Under the pieces are notes generated by a model. It worked only from the letters and a program-made list of their open reading frames with translations, had not been told where the DNA came from and did not search any database. A stretch of 64,000 nucleotides of DNA, from IMG/VR virus record IMGVR_UViG_3300046804_003398, one strand, 5' to 3'. Within the stretch, counting starts at the first letter, position 1. Every line of letters starts with the position of its first letter. Of the stretch, positions 37,012 through 46,804 are shown piece by piece. Origin of the DNA: a virus. Lineage: Duplodnaviria; Caudoviricetes. The position numbers were made by a program, and so were the translations under genes.

Positions 37012-37836
37012 ATGAAACTAATCACGTTCATCAACTTTGCTTATATAGATATTTGTTATAATTTGTATCTTCAACTCAAACGGTTTTCCCGTCATACCGA
37101 TCTGGTTGTGTTTTGCACCGATGAGAATACATATAACTCAATGACATCCAAAAATCTGGAATGTGACATACAACTATACAAACCAGTTTTGTTTGCAAAC
37201 ATATCGGATAAACTAAAACGTCATTTGGATAACACCGATCTCGCCGCAACATATAAACGAAGCGAATCATACTCAGTATATCAGTTTTTAAAGCATGATG
37301 TAGTTTACCAAACACTGTTGAACAATGATCGGGTGTGTCTGATTGATTCAGATTTGATAATCTTCGAAGATTTTGTTGATGAATTGATATACTGGATGGA
37401 TAACGACAACAAGTTTTATCATACAGAACCAGCTACATTTGGATTCAAGTATTATTTGCAAATAAGAACCGGCGTCGATCCACTCAAAAAAGAACATTTA
37501 TATCAATGGATTGGACGAGAGAAAACCATAAATACTGGGTTCATGTATGTTAGACGATCTGATGCTTCGTTTCATCACATCCAAAACTACAGTAATCTAT
37601 TTCTGCCACATTTTGACCACTTGAATAATTTGGATGAACATATAATGACCGAGTATTTCAGAAACATCATTGAGAATACGGTTGATATAAAAGATCAAAT
37701 TAACCTACTAAGTGATGTAGGGGTAAATTATACCTACGAACAAGTGTTGAGAATCAAACCAAAAACATATCACCCAACATTCACTGGTGACAAAATTGAG
37801 TTCATGAAAAACTGCAATCAGTGGTTTGTCGAATAA
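37012..37836 (+). CDS. Nucleotide-diphospho-sugar transferase (GT77-like), copy 3
   Basis: LVVFCTD, FLKHDVV, LIDSDLIIF, INTGFMYVR, DEH; TTGCGC-17-TATATA upstream. Confidence 0.7.
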   Translation: MKLITFINFAYIDICYNLYLQLKRFSRHTDLVVFCTDENTYNSMTSKNLECDIQLYKPVLFANISDKLKRHLDNTDLAATYKRSESYSVYQFLKHDVVYQTLLNNDRVCLIDSDLIIFEDFVDELIYWMDNDNKFYHTEPATFGFKYYLQIRTGVDPLKKEHLYQWIGREKTINTGFMYVRRSDASFHHIQNYSNLFLPHFDHLNNLDEHIMTEYFRNIIENTVDIKDQINLLSDVGVNYTYEQVLRIKPKTYHPTFTGDKIEFMKNCNQWFVE

Positions 37837-38396
37837 TTCCAAATCAACGGCCAAAGTCTTTCATATACCCAAGGAGTTGTTGGCAGATTGTTTGTAAACA
37901 CATCATACGAATGTTTCCACCAATCCAAACTCTTTGAAAGGATTTTGTGTTTTGGAACGATGTATTGTGCTCCGGCGGAAAACGTGAATGTAGTGGTTTT
38001 ATCAAATGTGCAGTTCTCAAACAAAAGCTTTGAGATTTTGATCATAGGTAGAAAACATCCATGGCCTGGTCCACCGTCATAATTTTTTGTTACTGGACCC
38101 CAATTGCTGCCCAACCAAACAACGTCATCGACATCACGTTTTTCATCAATCAATTTCAATACATCCCAACAATGATCAAATGGATCGCCTTGAAGAAACA
38201 CAAGTTCGTCGCTCAAGTTGTGATAATTGTTGACGATGTGATACAACATACTGTCTGCTTCTCGACCGACGTTTGGCAATGTTTTAAACTCATACGGCAA
38301 CAACGGAAACCCTTTGTTGTAAATAACCACATCATCCTTGACTTTTTCAACCCAACTCAAGTTTTCGTCAAATCTGGTTATTACCAAAGTCCGCAT
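37818..38396 (-). CDS. DUF3431-like protein (putative glycosyltransferase)
   Basis: LVITRFDENLSW, IYNKG, LPNVGREAD..LYHIVNNY, FLQGDPFDH, AGAQYIV, ERLW. Confidence 0.8.
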   Translation of the reverse strand: MRTLVITRFDENLSWVEKVKDDVVIYNKGFPLLPYEFKTLPNVGREADSMLYHIVNNYHNLSDELVFLQGDPFDHCWDVLKLIDEKRDVDDVVWLGSNWGPVTKNYDGGPGHGCFLPMIKISKLLFENCTFDKTTTFTFSAGAQYIVPKHKILSKSLDWWKHSYDVFTNNLPTTPWVYERLWPLIWNYSTNH

Positions 38397-38397
38397 T

Positions 38398-39291
38398 TTA
38401 GTGGATGATGAACGGTTGATTCTTAATTCTTTCAACAAAAGTCAATTTGTCGATGCTCATCTTTACAGCAGAACAATCATTTAATCCACCATAAATGTGA
38501 ATCGACTTGTCATCTGTTACAACATTCATTGGAAAGATCACTTCATATTTGATTGCATTTCTATGAGTTGTGTTTCTCCATGACCACAGACGATTCAATA
38601 CATAGGAACTTGAATAGTTTCTATCTGATACCAATAATGGATTTAGACAGTATCCGACTGGTGTAACGTCATTCTTCACTTTCATAACACCAATGAAGTA
38701 TCTCATTATTGCTGGTCCAAAGTAAACATAACTATGATACAACAAGAACTTTTCACCATGAACATCAAATACGTTGGTGCTTAATCCTGGGTTACCATAC
38801 TTCTCAATCCATGGCTTCCAGTTGATTTTCTTGACAAATACTTCTTGTTCAGACGAATCCATTATTGTGTATGGATTAACGTGGTAGATTATGTAGTTGT
38901 TGTGAAACTGCCAATGTTTCTCAAAATGTGCTCGACGGGTTATGTAGTGGTAGAGTTTCTTTGTTTCAAGATTGTATCTCTTGAAATGAACACCCTCAAG
39001 TTTGGCAAGATCTTCAATATCAAATTTGGCAACACATACACCAATGTTTTTGTCATCGATCCATCTTGCATCTTCAAAACTGTAGTGATACTCTTCATCC
39101 GCATAATTTTGAAGTATGATCGCACCGTCTTGATCAACAATATCACAAGCATGAAAGTCTCTGCTTATTTTGTGTTCTTTACGAAATATGGTTCGACCGT
39201 TCAAGTGCGAACAGTTAAAATAATTGTTGGTGCCGTCAAACTGTTTCAACAATTCAACTTCAAGTTCCTCAAATGCAAAAATTGGACTCAT
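38398..39291 (-). CDS. Beta-propeller glycoside hydrolase/phosphorylase-like (GH130/DUF377-like) protein
   Basis: SFEDARW, EKHWQF, LLYHS, VIFPMNVV..D..IHIYGGLND. Confidence 0.6.
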   Translation of the reverse strand: MSPIFAFEELEVELLKQFDGTNNYFNCSHLNGRTIFRKEHKISRDFHACDIVDQDGAIILQNYADEEYHYSFEDARWIDDKNIGVCVAKFDIEDLAKLEGVHFKRYNLETKKLYHYITRRAHFEKHWQFHNNYIIYHVNPYTIMDSSEQEVFVKKINWKPWIEKYGNPGLSTNVFDVHGEKFLLYHSYVYFGPAIMRYFIGVMKVKNDVTPVGYCLNPLLVSDRNYSSSYVLNRLWSWRNTTHRNAIKYEVIFPMNVVTDDKSIHIYGGLNDCSAVKMSIDKLTFVERIKNQPFIIH

Positions 39292-39292
39292 A

Positions 39293-40438
39293 TCAATTTA
39301 ATCTATGGTGATGTTTAACGTATTTGTATGTAAAACGTATATACTTACTCATATTAAACTCCGATTTGACTCGTTCATAACCATAGTATTTAACTAGTAA
39401 GTATACATAGTTTTTCAAAGACTTTCTGTGTTTTATATATTGTTCAAACCCAAGAATATCAATATATTGTTGTTTGAATGTTTTTATAAATGCGAGTCCC
39501 AAAATATATGTTGATAAATGATGAGCATAGTGACCATGATCATTTGATGCAAATAATAACCGTTCATATCTTTCTCGGTTGTCATGGTCATTATGTTCTA
39601 GGTATTGAAACAGTGCGGTATTGAAATAATGAATGTATTGGTCCCCGTCCTTGTGTTTATTGTAAAACTCATGTATTTTATTCATACCTTGAAACCGCCA
39701 ATAGTCGGCATATGAATTTTCTTGATAAAACTCCAGTCTTATTTCTGGATGTAAATAACACATCATGGAGAAAAACTCAAATGTATCAAAATTAACTTCT
39801 CGTCTGAATGTAAGTTGTGGACAGTCAAATGGTGGCGTAAACTTGATATCTTTGTCAAACTTCATATAGTCAACAGACCACCAATCCCAATGTTCTTGTA
39901 TTGACTTGTTGAAGAACATAACACTTTCTTTGCCTGGTCCATCAACATCTGGAACATATGGAAACACTTTGAGTCTGTCAAATAAATCAAAGTTGTTTGG
40001 AGTAATGTTGTTCATACCACACACAATATGAACTTGATTGAGTTTATCAAACCAACTATAAAACAGTTCTCTATCAAAAACAAATGCGTCCTCTTCAAAG
40101 ACAACCATGTGAGGTTCGTTTGATAAAGTCAACAATACATCCATACAAAACCCATGAGTAGCCCATAATAAAGTTCCCCACCAGGCTTTGTAATGTGCTT
40201 CGATCACTACAATTTCTTTGAATAAATGTTGATACGACTGTATGATCTTGTATGAAGAATTTACAATGTAGTCAAATTGTTCGTTGGATATATACTCTCG
40301 TTGGGGATTTAGACAGATGTATAGCTTGTATTGAGGACACAACTTACTAAGTCTGTCTAACGATGCTATCAATGTAATAGGATTACCAAGTGTGGTCAAT
40401 CCTACAGATCTGGACTCATTCGTATCAACATGGTTCAT
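39293..40438 (-). CDS. GT-A-like protein, paralog family A member 1
   Basis: HGFCMD, VVFEEDAF, FDTFEFFS, YIHYFN; close paralog of 41625..42755. Confidence 0.6.
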   Translation of the reverse strand: MNHVDTNESRSVGLTTLGNPITLIASLDRLSKLCPQYKLYICLNPQREYISNEQFDYIVNSSYKIIQSYQHLFKEIVVIEAHYKAWWGTLLWATHGFCMDVLLTLSNEPHMVVFEEDAFVFDRELFYSWFDKLNQVHIVCGMNNITPNNFDLFDRLKVFPYVPDVDGPGKESVMFFNKSIQEHWDWWSVDYMKFDKDIKFTPPFDCPQLTFRREVNFDTFEFFSMMCYLHPEIRLEFYQENSYADYWRFQGMNKIHEFYNKHKDGDQYIHYFNTALFQYLEHNDHDNRERYERLLFASNDHGHYAHHLSTYILGLAFIKTFKQQYIDILGFEQYIKHRKSLKNYVYLLVKYYGYERVKSEFNMSKYIRFTYKYVKHHHRLN

Positions 40439-40941
40439 GAATACCACAACACCGTTGCCTCATTCTCCTTTGACTCGGCAATAACAGTTTGGTCTGGTTT
40501 CTTGATCTTATACGGAAACAGTCCCATGTCAGCTCTAATGCTGAATTGACGGGTGTCTTGTTCACCACCCCACTTTTTTGATTTATCACATATACCTTCA
40601 GGACGAATTCCATCCACTGGTTCTGGCAAATAATATGGCCAAAATTCAGCCTTGTTGGCAATTACAATTTCATGATGACCTCTTGGTCTAGGACTGTAAT
40701 TAAGACTGGAAAGTATTTGTTCTGCCTTTGACCAATCGGTAACGTTCAGAAAACATATATCAAACTCATATGTTCCTACCTTGGATAAGTCATTTTCTAC
40801 ATACACATTGGTGAAAAGTTGTTTCCACATTTGTGACGACAATTTTCCAGTGTCATTTATTTCCAAAACTACGAGGTTTGCTACATCTTTGTAGTTTGCG
40901 TATACCTTGTAGATATCAAAGAATAATCTTGGGCTGTTCAT
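40435..40941 (-). CDS. Hypothetical protein (possibly degenerate methyltransferase fold)
   Basis: 168 aa, overlap-coupled on both sides; VVLEI and FDICFL are only weak MTase-like motifs. Confidence 0.5.
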   Translation of the reverse strand: MNSPRLFFDIYKVYANYKDVANLVVLEINDTGKLSSQMWKQLFTNVYVENDLSKVGTYEFDICFLNVTDWSKAEQILSSLNYSPRPRGHHEIVIANKAEFWPYYLPEPVDGIRPEGICDKSKKWGGEQDTRQFSIRADMGLFPYKIKKPDQTVIAESKENEATVLWYS

Positions 40942-41608
40942 TTTTTTTATAACAAATTGTTAGTGATGGGTAATTTTCTATCACAAAGAAATCATAAAGT
41001 CGAGTCATTTCTTCTTTTTCAAGAATTGGAGCAATAGGAACACAGTCATAGTCAATCATCCACGGAATGTTGTCTCTGGACTTGCTTCCACCTTCAAATA
41101 AAATGATGCCGTCATCTTTCATCTTGGAATGATACTCCAATAACAACTTCTCGATTTTATCGCCTGTGTTTGAAATATCAATGTGGAGAAGGTCAATAGA
41201 CTTGTCATCAAAATTTAGATCTAAATTCAGTGCGTCACCTTTGTGAAGATATACACACTTGTCCATACCCCACTTTTCCAATTTAGACTTGATATCATCA
41301 TATCTAGCATGATTATACGGATAGTCTTCAAACAGATCAATAGCAATAATCTTACCTTTTCTGTTTTCAACACACCCTCTTGCAAAACTAAACAATGAGT
41401 AACCTTCCAAAATTCCCATCTCAACAATTAAGTCTGGTTTTTTGTTGATTACTAGTTGATAGAATTTGACCCAGTAGTTGTGTTTTTGATAAGACGATTT
41501 GAGTGACTTGACAAAAGTAAAAAACATTGCTGCAAACGCAGATGCACTGGCACTTACAGCATATTCTTTATAGTCAAAAATTAGATTCAAAATATAACTC
41601 GCTTCCAT
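40916..41608 (-). CDS. Class I SAM methyltransferase (Methyltransf_24-like)
   Basis: IVEMGILEGYS, IIAIDLFE, IDLLHIDISN, GIILFEGG. Confidence 0.8.
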   Translation of the reverse strand: MEASYILNLIFDYKEYAVSASASAFAAMFFTFVKSLKSSYQKHNYWVKFYQLVINKKPDLIVEMGILEGYSLFSFARGCVENRKGKIIAIDLFEDYPYNHARYDDIKSKLEKWGMDKCVYLHKGDALNLDLNFDDKSIDLLHIDISNTGDKIEKLLLEYHSKMKDDGIILFEGGSKSRDNIPWMIDYDCVPIAPILEKEEMTRLYDFFVIENYPSLTICYKKNEQPKIIL

Positions 41609-41624
41609 AAAAATATATAGATTT

Positions 41625-42755
41625 TTATACTACCTCACTACTTAAATGGTGAATTTTTCTTGCGTGTCTACATGCAAATTTAAAATACAAGTGCATCTTG
41701 AACTTTTTCTTGATTGTATAATAACCAAAATAGTCAAACAACATCATTATAGCATTCTTGAGTGATTGTTTATGACGTTTGTATTCTTCAATACCACATA
41801 TTTGGATATAACGCTTTTTGATGGTCAACATTATCGAATAATGAATCAAGAACGTAGACATATGATACATAAATTGACCAAAGTGGGGAGCGTCATGAAC
41901 CATGTCATAGTAAAACTTTTTGTTTCCTTTATCGTGGTAATCCAAGTATTGAAACAATGCACCATTGAAATAATGGATGTATGGTGGTGGAGAAGCATGT
42001 TTTCTGAAGAACTCATCAATATTCCCCCTACCTTCAGAAACCCAGTAATCAAAGTTGTGTTCTTCATAAACACTCTTTTTGATATTTTTGTTCATCCAAC
42101 AATTGAGTGAGAAAAACTCAAATGTGTCAAAGTGTATTTCTTCATTAAACTTCAACTCCAAACACTCGTTGGGTCTATATACAAATTGATTGTCCCACTT
42201 CACGTAATCAAACGCAGGCCAATCATACAGTTCCAATATGTCTCGTCTAACAAAGAATATACTTTCCTTACCAGGCATGTTGACCGCACCATGGAATATA
42301 CCAAGTTTACTAAAGAGTTGACCAAAATTATTTGGGTTCTGAGGAGCAACTACACAGTGAAGATGGTTATCTTTAAGTTGATTGAACCAATTATCAAATG
42401 TTACTTTGTCGGTCAAATATGCATCCTCTTCAAAGAATACCATTTCATCTTCGGTGGTCAATGTAAAGAGTGTATCCAAACAAAGACCATGTGACATCCA
42501 ATCTTTAGCAGTATTTTCAATAATCAATAACTCTGAGAAATACTTTTCGTAGTATTGACATATCTTGTATGCCTGTTCAGTGAGATGCTTTATATTCTCA
42601 CGGTTGTTGCATTCTCTGGCAATATTCAACATTACATAAATCTTGTAACCCTTGCAAATTCTCTTAAATTTTTCTAGTGAGGCAATTAGAGTGAGTGGAT
42701 TACCAATGGATGTTATACCTACTGTTCTTGTTTTTTGTTTTACATCTTCGTTCAT
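41625..42755 (-). CDS. GT-A-like protein, family A member 2
   Basis: GNPLTLIASL, HGLCLD, FFEEDAY, PGKES, FDTFEFFS, YIHYFN. Confidence 0.6.
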   Translation of the reverse strand: MNEDVKQKTRTVGITSIGNPLTLIASLEKFKRICKGYKIYVMLNIARECNNRENIKHLTEQAYKICQYYEKYFSELLIIENTAKDWMSHGLCLDTLFTLTTEDEMVFFEEDAYLTDKVTFDNWFNQLKDNHLHCVVAPQNPNNFGQLFSKLGIFHGAVNMPGKESIFFVRRDILELYDWPAFDYVKWDNQFVYRPNECLELKFNEEIHFDTFEFFSLNCWMNKNIKKSVYEEHNFDYWVSEGRGNIDEFFRKHASPPPYIHYFNGALFQYLDYHDKGNKKFYYDMVHDAPHFGQFMYHMSTFLIHYSIMLTIKKRYIQICGIEEYKRHKQSLKNAIMMLFDYFGYYTIKKKFKMHLYFKFACRHARKIHHLSSEVV

Positions 42756-43756
42756 AACAAATTAGATCTGTGAAATTCTTTAAACTTGGTCAGATATTCA
42801 TCAAACAATTCTTTGGAAATATCTGTGTCATTCCGAATTCTGTCTATATAAGTAGTATATGCAGAATAACTTGAATCGATTTGAATTAATTTTTCCAAAA
42901 CAATTGTAAACCACGCCAACAATCGTTGTGATTCGGGTTTATTATGATGAACATACACACGATTGTCGATGATATAATCTATCATCTTTACAGTTTCACC
43001 AAAATTTCTGATATGGTAGTATTCGCCTATTTTTGTGGCGTGTTCATCACATCTTTCATCATCTGAATTTCTGTATATTTGAATTTTTTGGTGTTCAGGT
43101 GGAATCCATACATTACACCTATAGTCCAACAATTCTTTGAACTTCACATCTGGAGTATACTTCAAAACATTCCTAGAAAATATTTCCATCGATTCGTGTG
43201 AACAATATTCATCTGTTGTGCCACAGTGTTTCATCCAAAATTTTTTAGTGCAACCAAACAACGTTGCTGCAAAACGTCCTCTTCCACCACGATATTCATT
43301 TGGAGCAAATATAGGTGAAGTATACATGAAATTAAGATATGGGTCTTCTGGAAAATGTCCCTTTTGCCAAATGTGAAAGTAAGTTGGAGTTATTGTGCAA
43401 CCACTATCCAAGTTTGATACAATGTCATACTCATCCAAGTATTTAAACATACGACTAAAAACATCATAGTCATATACCATCAAATCACTATCCATTACTA
43501 CAAATTTATCATCATCATTGAGTTGACTAATCGCAATTTGCAAATTTTCTTGATGACATTCATATGTAGATATGTAACTGATTGTTTTGCCTTTTACATT
43601 GTCTACACGCTTTTCCCAACCCATGTGTGTTCCAATAAAAATAAAGTTGTCAACAGGAAACTTCGATATGTTAGCCAGAATATATTCATGCAACATTGAA
43701 CCGAGTTTATGGTCAACCAACGAGTATTTTATAAATGGAATTATTAAAACGTTCAT
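42752..43756 (-). CDS. GT-A-like protein, family A member 3
   Basis: HQENLQ, FVVMDSDLMV, FAATLFGC, YYHIRN. Confidence 0.55.
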   Translation of the reverse strand: MNVLIIPFIKYSLVDHKLGSMLHEYILANISKFPVDNFIFIGTHMGWEKRVDNVKGKTISYISTYECHQENLQIAISQLNDDDKFVVMDSDLMVYDYDVFSRMFKYLDEYDIVSNLDSGCTITPTYFHIWQKGHFPEDPYLNFMYTSPIFAPNEYRGGRGRFAATLFGCTKKFWMKHCGTTDEYCSHESMEIFSRNVLKYTPDVKFKELLDYRCNVWIPPEHQKIQIYRNSDDERCDEHATKIGEYYHIRNFGETVKMIDYIIDNRVYVHHNKPESQRLLAWFTIVLEKLIQIDSSYSAYTTYIDRIRNDTDISKELFDEYLTKFKEFHRSNLL

Positions 43757-44634
43757 GAGTTTAAAATTCGTTTAGATACTTCTAACCAGTCTGGAAACAA
43801 AGCAACGCTGGTCTTCATACAATAATCATAAAACATACGATATGCCATAGTATCTCTGGCAACTCTGTTATGTTCATACATCGTATGGAAATCATGAGTT
43901 ATACCCGCAATATGATAATACCACACATCATCCATTCTGTTAAGTAACAATAACTGTTCACCGTCATCTTGAATAACGTCCATCAATTGTGCAGATACCA
44001 AATCAAAGTGATCATAAAAATGTGGAAATGGAACTTCCTCTGTGATAATTTTGTTTTCTTTGTAGAACTTCACTCTATCTTTTGAATCTACATGTTGCAA
44101 TCCATCTTTATTGAATCGTAACTTCTTGTTGTAATCCACCCCAAATAACTCCTTCACCCTCGCGTCAACAGGCGCTCCGAACTTTGGATACTTTATTTGA
44201 GACAACAGTGACTTCTTACATCCCCAAAAACAAGGCCACAATCTGAGTCCACTAAGGTTTGCGTCCAACATGGAAAACAACGAATAATTCTTGTTGAGAA
44301 TGAGGTCTACTATTTTTTCCCAATCACCAATAAAATCAGGCTCCATTGAGAAAATATAATCGCCAGTTGAACGATTTAAAACCTCTTGAACACATTCATC
44401 TCGCCAATCTGTGTCCATCGCGCCTGACATTCTACAATAAATGACTTCACACTTGTCTTTAAGATCATTTTCGACGAACGTGGTGTATGGTCTCCACTTT
44501 TCGTTAAAGACTTGTGAGTAAGAAAATATGTAAAATACCTTATTGAACCTAGTATGGTATCTGTGTATAAAGTCTCTAATAATAGGACTGTCAAAGTTAG
44601 GCGCTGCTATAACAAACAAATCTACTTTGTTCAT
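43753..44634 (-). CDS. GT-A-like protein, family A member 4
   Basis: DWRDEC, YIFSMEPDF, LWPCFWGC, DHFDLVS, YYHIAG. Confidence 0.55.
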   Translation of the reverse strand: MNKVDLFVIAAPNFDSPIIRDFIHRYHTRFNKVFYIFSYSQVFNEKWRPYTTFVENDLKDKCEVIYCRMSGAMDTDWRDECVQEVLNRSTGDYIFSMEPDFIGDWEKIVDLILNKNYSLFSMLDANLSGLRLWPCFWGCKKSLLSQIKYPKFGAPVDARVKELFGVDYNKKLRFNKDGLQHVDSKDRVKFYKENKIITEEVPFPHFYDHFDLVSAQLMDVIQDDGEQLLLLNRMDDVWYYHIAGITHDFHTMYEHNRVARDTMAYRMFYDYCMKTSVALFPDWLEVSKRILNS

Positions 44635-45812
44635 AGTATCTTTTTGGCAATCAGACCATATTTTTCAGTTGAAATTCCGTCACTGAGTTGATGAATATTG
44701 TATGACCTCAATATTGAAATCATATCATTTTCACTTTCATACATTTCAATCGTGCGTCCAAGATTTTCTTCATACAAATCATAAAACTCAAAATCCTTTG
44801 GATCTTTAATTGCGTGAAGCATTTCTCTCAACAACAAACATCTACGATATGGTTCCACTATTTCCAAATTGTTCCAAGTGGTTGGCTCTTTAAGTTTTTG
44901 AGCACGCATAGATGGAATGTATGAGTGTTCATATAGTTTACCAGTATATGGTTTCCAGAATCTATTGGATATCACTGTGGACATCGAACCTACGTGAAAA
45001 TCGACTGATGTGTCTGTAATATCATCCAATAGTTCGTTATCATGCAAACTCGAATGATATGTTCTTCTAATATGTTTGTCATTAATATTTTCAGGCGTAT
45101 TAGACAACAATCGAACTTTCTTTACCTCTGGGTTGTTGTATAGCTCAAATGAATAGTTTACAAATGTATCACCGCTACACTCTCTATCCAAAACAAGTTC
45201 TTTATCGCCCATCTTAATCACAGATCCAGATGGCCATGTAGTTGAATGAAACTGTCTTGACGAGTTAACCATGAATTTCTTCTTAGCCAAAAATAGAGTT
45301 GGCCAAAAACTAATAGCAGAATCATCTGGTCTAATTTCTGTATCAATTTGTAGTCCAGGTCTATTCTTGACCATAGGACATAGAGAATCTAACAAATATG
45401 GTGTGGCTGATCCTCTACCTACACCTAATATGTCATAACCATTATTGAAGAAATCATCTACATGTTTGTTTAAAAGATGAGGATTGATAATATAATCATC
45501 TTCTTCCATCAACAACACGTTTTCTTGAATATCAGGTTCATACTTGTTCAACATCAAGTCAATGTTCAATCCGTGTTGTGCTACGAGGTATTCAAAGTTG
45601 TCACGAACATTTGGAAACTTTCTATACAATCTACCCAAATAGTTCTTAATAAAAATGAACTCCAGTGGGTCGAGTCGTCCCATACAATCCACCGATATAA
45701 ACATATTGGTGAAGATGCTACTATACTTCTGCAGATTGGTTAACCAACAATACATGATTAGTGGTTCACCCGTTGCCGGAAGTAATAGCGATATTTTTCG
45801 TTCGTTGTTCAT
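44631..45812 (-). CDS. GT-A-like protein, family A member 5
   Basis: HGLNID, VLLMEEDDYI, FWPTLFLA, GDTFVNYS, FHVGSMS. Confidence 0.6.
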   Translation of the reverse strand: MNNERKISLLLPATGEPLIMYCWLTNLQKYSSIFTNMFISVDCMGRLDPLEFIFIKNYLGRLYRKFPNVRDNFEYLVAQHGLNIDLMLNKYEPDIQENVLLMEEDDYIINPHLLNKHVDDFFNNGYDILGVGRGSATPYLLDSLCPMVKNRPGLQIDTEIRPDDSAISFWPTLFLAKKKFMVNSSRQFHSTTWPSGSVIKMGDKELVLDRECSGDTFVNYSFELYNNPEVKKVRLLSNTPENINDKHIRRTYHSSLHDNELLDDITDTSVDFHVGSMSTVISNRFWKPYTGKLYEHSYIPSMRAQKLKEPTTWNNLEIVEPYRRCLLLREMLHAIKDPKDFEFYDLYEENLGRTIEMYESENDMISILRSYNIHQLSDGISTEKYGLIAKKIL

Positions 45813-46804
45813 ACTAGATTTGCCAAAAATGACTTAATTTGTAGAAATTCATAGTCAAAGTCACTGACTTGCTTGAACTTCTTCATAACATAATTACTGA
45901 CTTCTTCGTAATTTTCCGTCATTTCTCTGATTTTAAATTCGATTTCTTTTTGTGTCTTGCCATTTACATCAATAATCGTTTTACCATCTTCAAACATTAA
46001 TGATGCGGTATTACCAATCCAACCATTCCAATCAACACCCATGTGTGTAGAATCAACAATTACAGGTTTACCACATGCGAATGCATTGTGAACGTTGTGA
46101 CCATAACCTTCATCAACCACCTTACAGTGAAACAAAAATCCTAGATTCTTGATGAAGTCAGACATTTCATCTTCACCGTTGGGTATGTAACCATCACGAT
46201 TACCCGCACCATGAGCTTTGAACGTGTAGTCTGGCATAGCCTTTTCCAAACCATAAAACAACTCAGGCATTTGCATGAAGTGTTGAAGATTGGCTACAGA
46301 CTTTCTATTACAGTCCAACTTTTGTGTGAACTTCTTGGTATCAAACTCTTGATGGTAAAACACTTTGTTCTTACAATTATGGTTTACATAACATGGCCAA
46401 GAGCTAGACAGTAGGTTTTCAAAGGTAGTAGGTTGACACCATAGAGGTATGTTATTACCAATTTGGAAAATCAACTTACACTTGAGATTGTATTGCTTGA
46501 TTAAAGTTTGCCATGTGACATAATTTTCAAGCAACGTGCATACTACAATGTCATAGTAATTATCCTTGAACTTATCAAACTCACCAGACTTCAAGTTAGG
46601 CATGTATTTTTTGAAATACAAGTTGTCGAATTCGGGTGTGATCGTATAACGTCCAACTTCAGCTGCGTAGGAACTATACAATGAACCCTCATAATACCAG
46701 TCCCAACCATCTGGTATTTCAAGATCGTATTTTAGTCGTTCATGAAATAGGATGTAAATGGATCTGAGTAAGGATAAGTGGTGATAATCAGCTAAAACTT
46801 TCAT
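45809..46804 (-). CDS. GT-B-like glycosyltransferase, family B member 1
   Basis: MKVLADYHH, HQEFD, FLFHCK..EGYGHNVHNAFACGKPVI. Confidence 0.65.
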   Translation of the reverse strand: MKVLADYHHLSLLRSIYILFHERLKYDLEIPDGWDWYYEGSLYSSYAAEVGRYTITPEFDNLYFKKYMPNLKSGEFDKFKDNYYDIVVCTLLENYVTWQTLIKQYNLKCKLIFQIGNNIPLWCQPTTFENLLSSSWPCYVNHNCKNKVFYHQEFDTKKFTQKLDCNRKSVANLQHFMQMPELFYGLEKAMPDYTFKAHGAGNRDGYIPNGEDEMSDFIKNLGFLFHCKVVDEGYGHNVHNAFACGKPVIVDSTHMGVDWNGWIGNTASLMFEDGKTIIDVNGKTQKEIEFKIREMTENYEEVSNYVMKKFKQVSDFDYEFLQIKSFLANLV

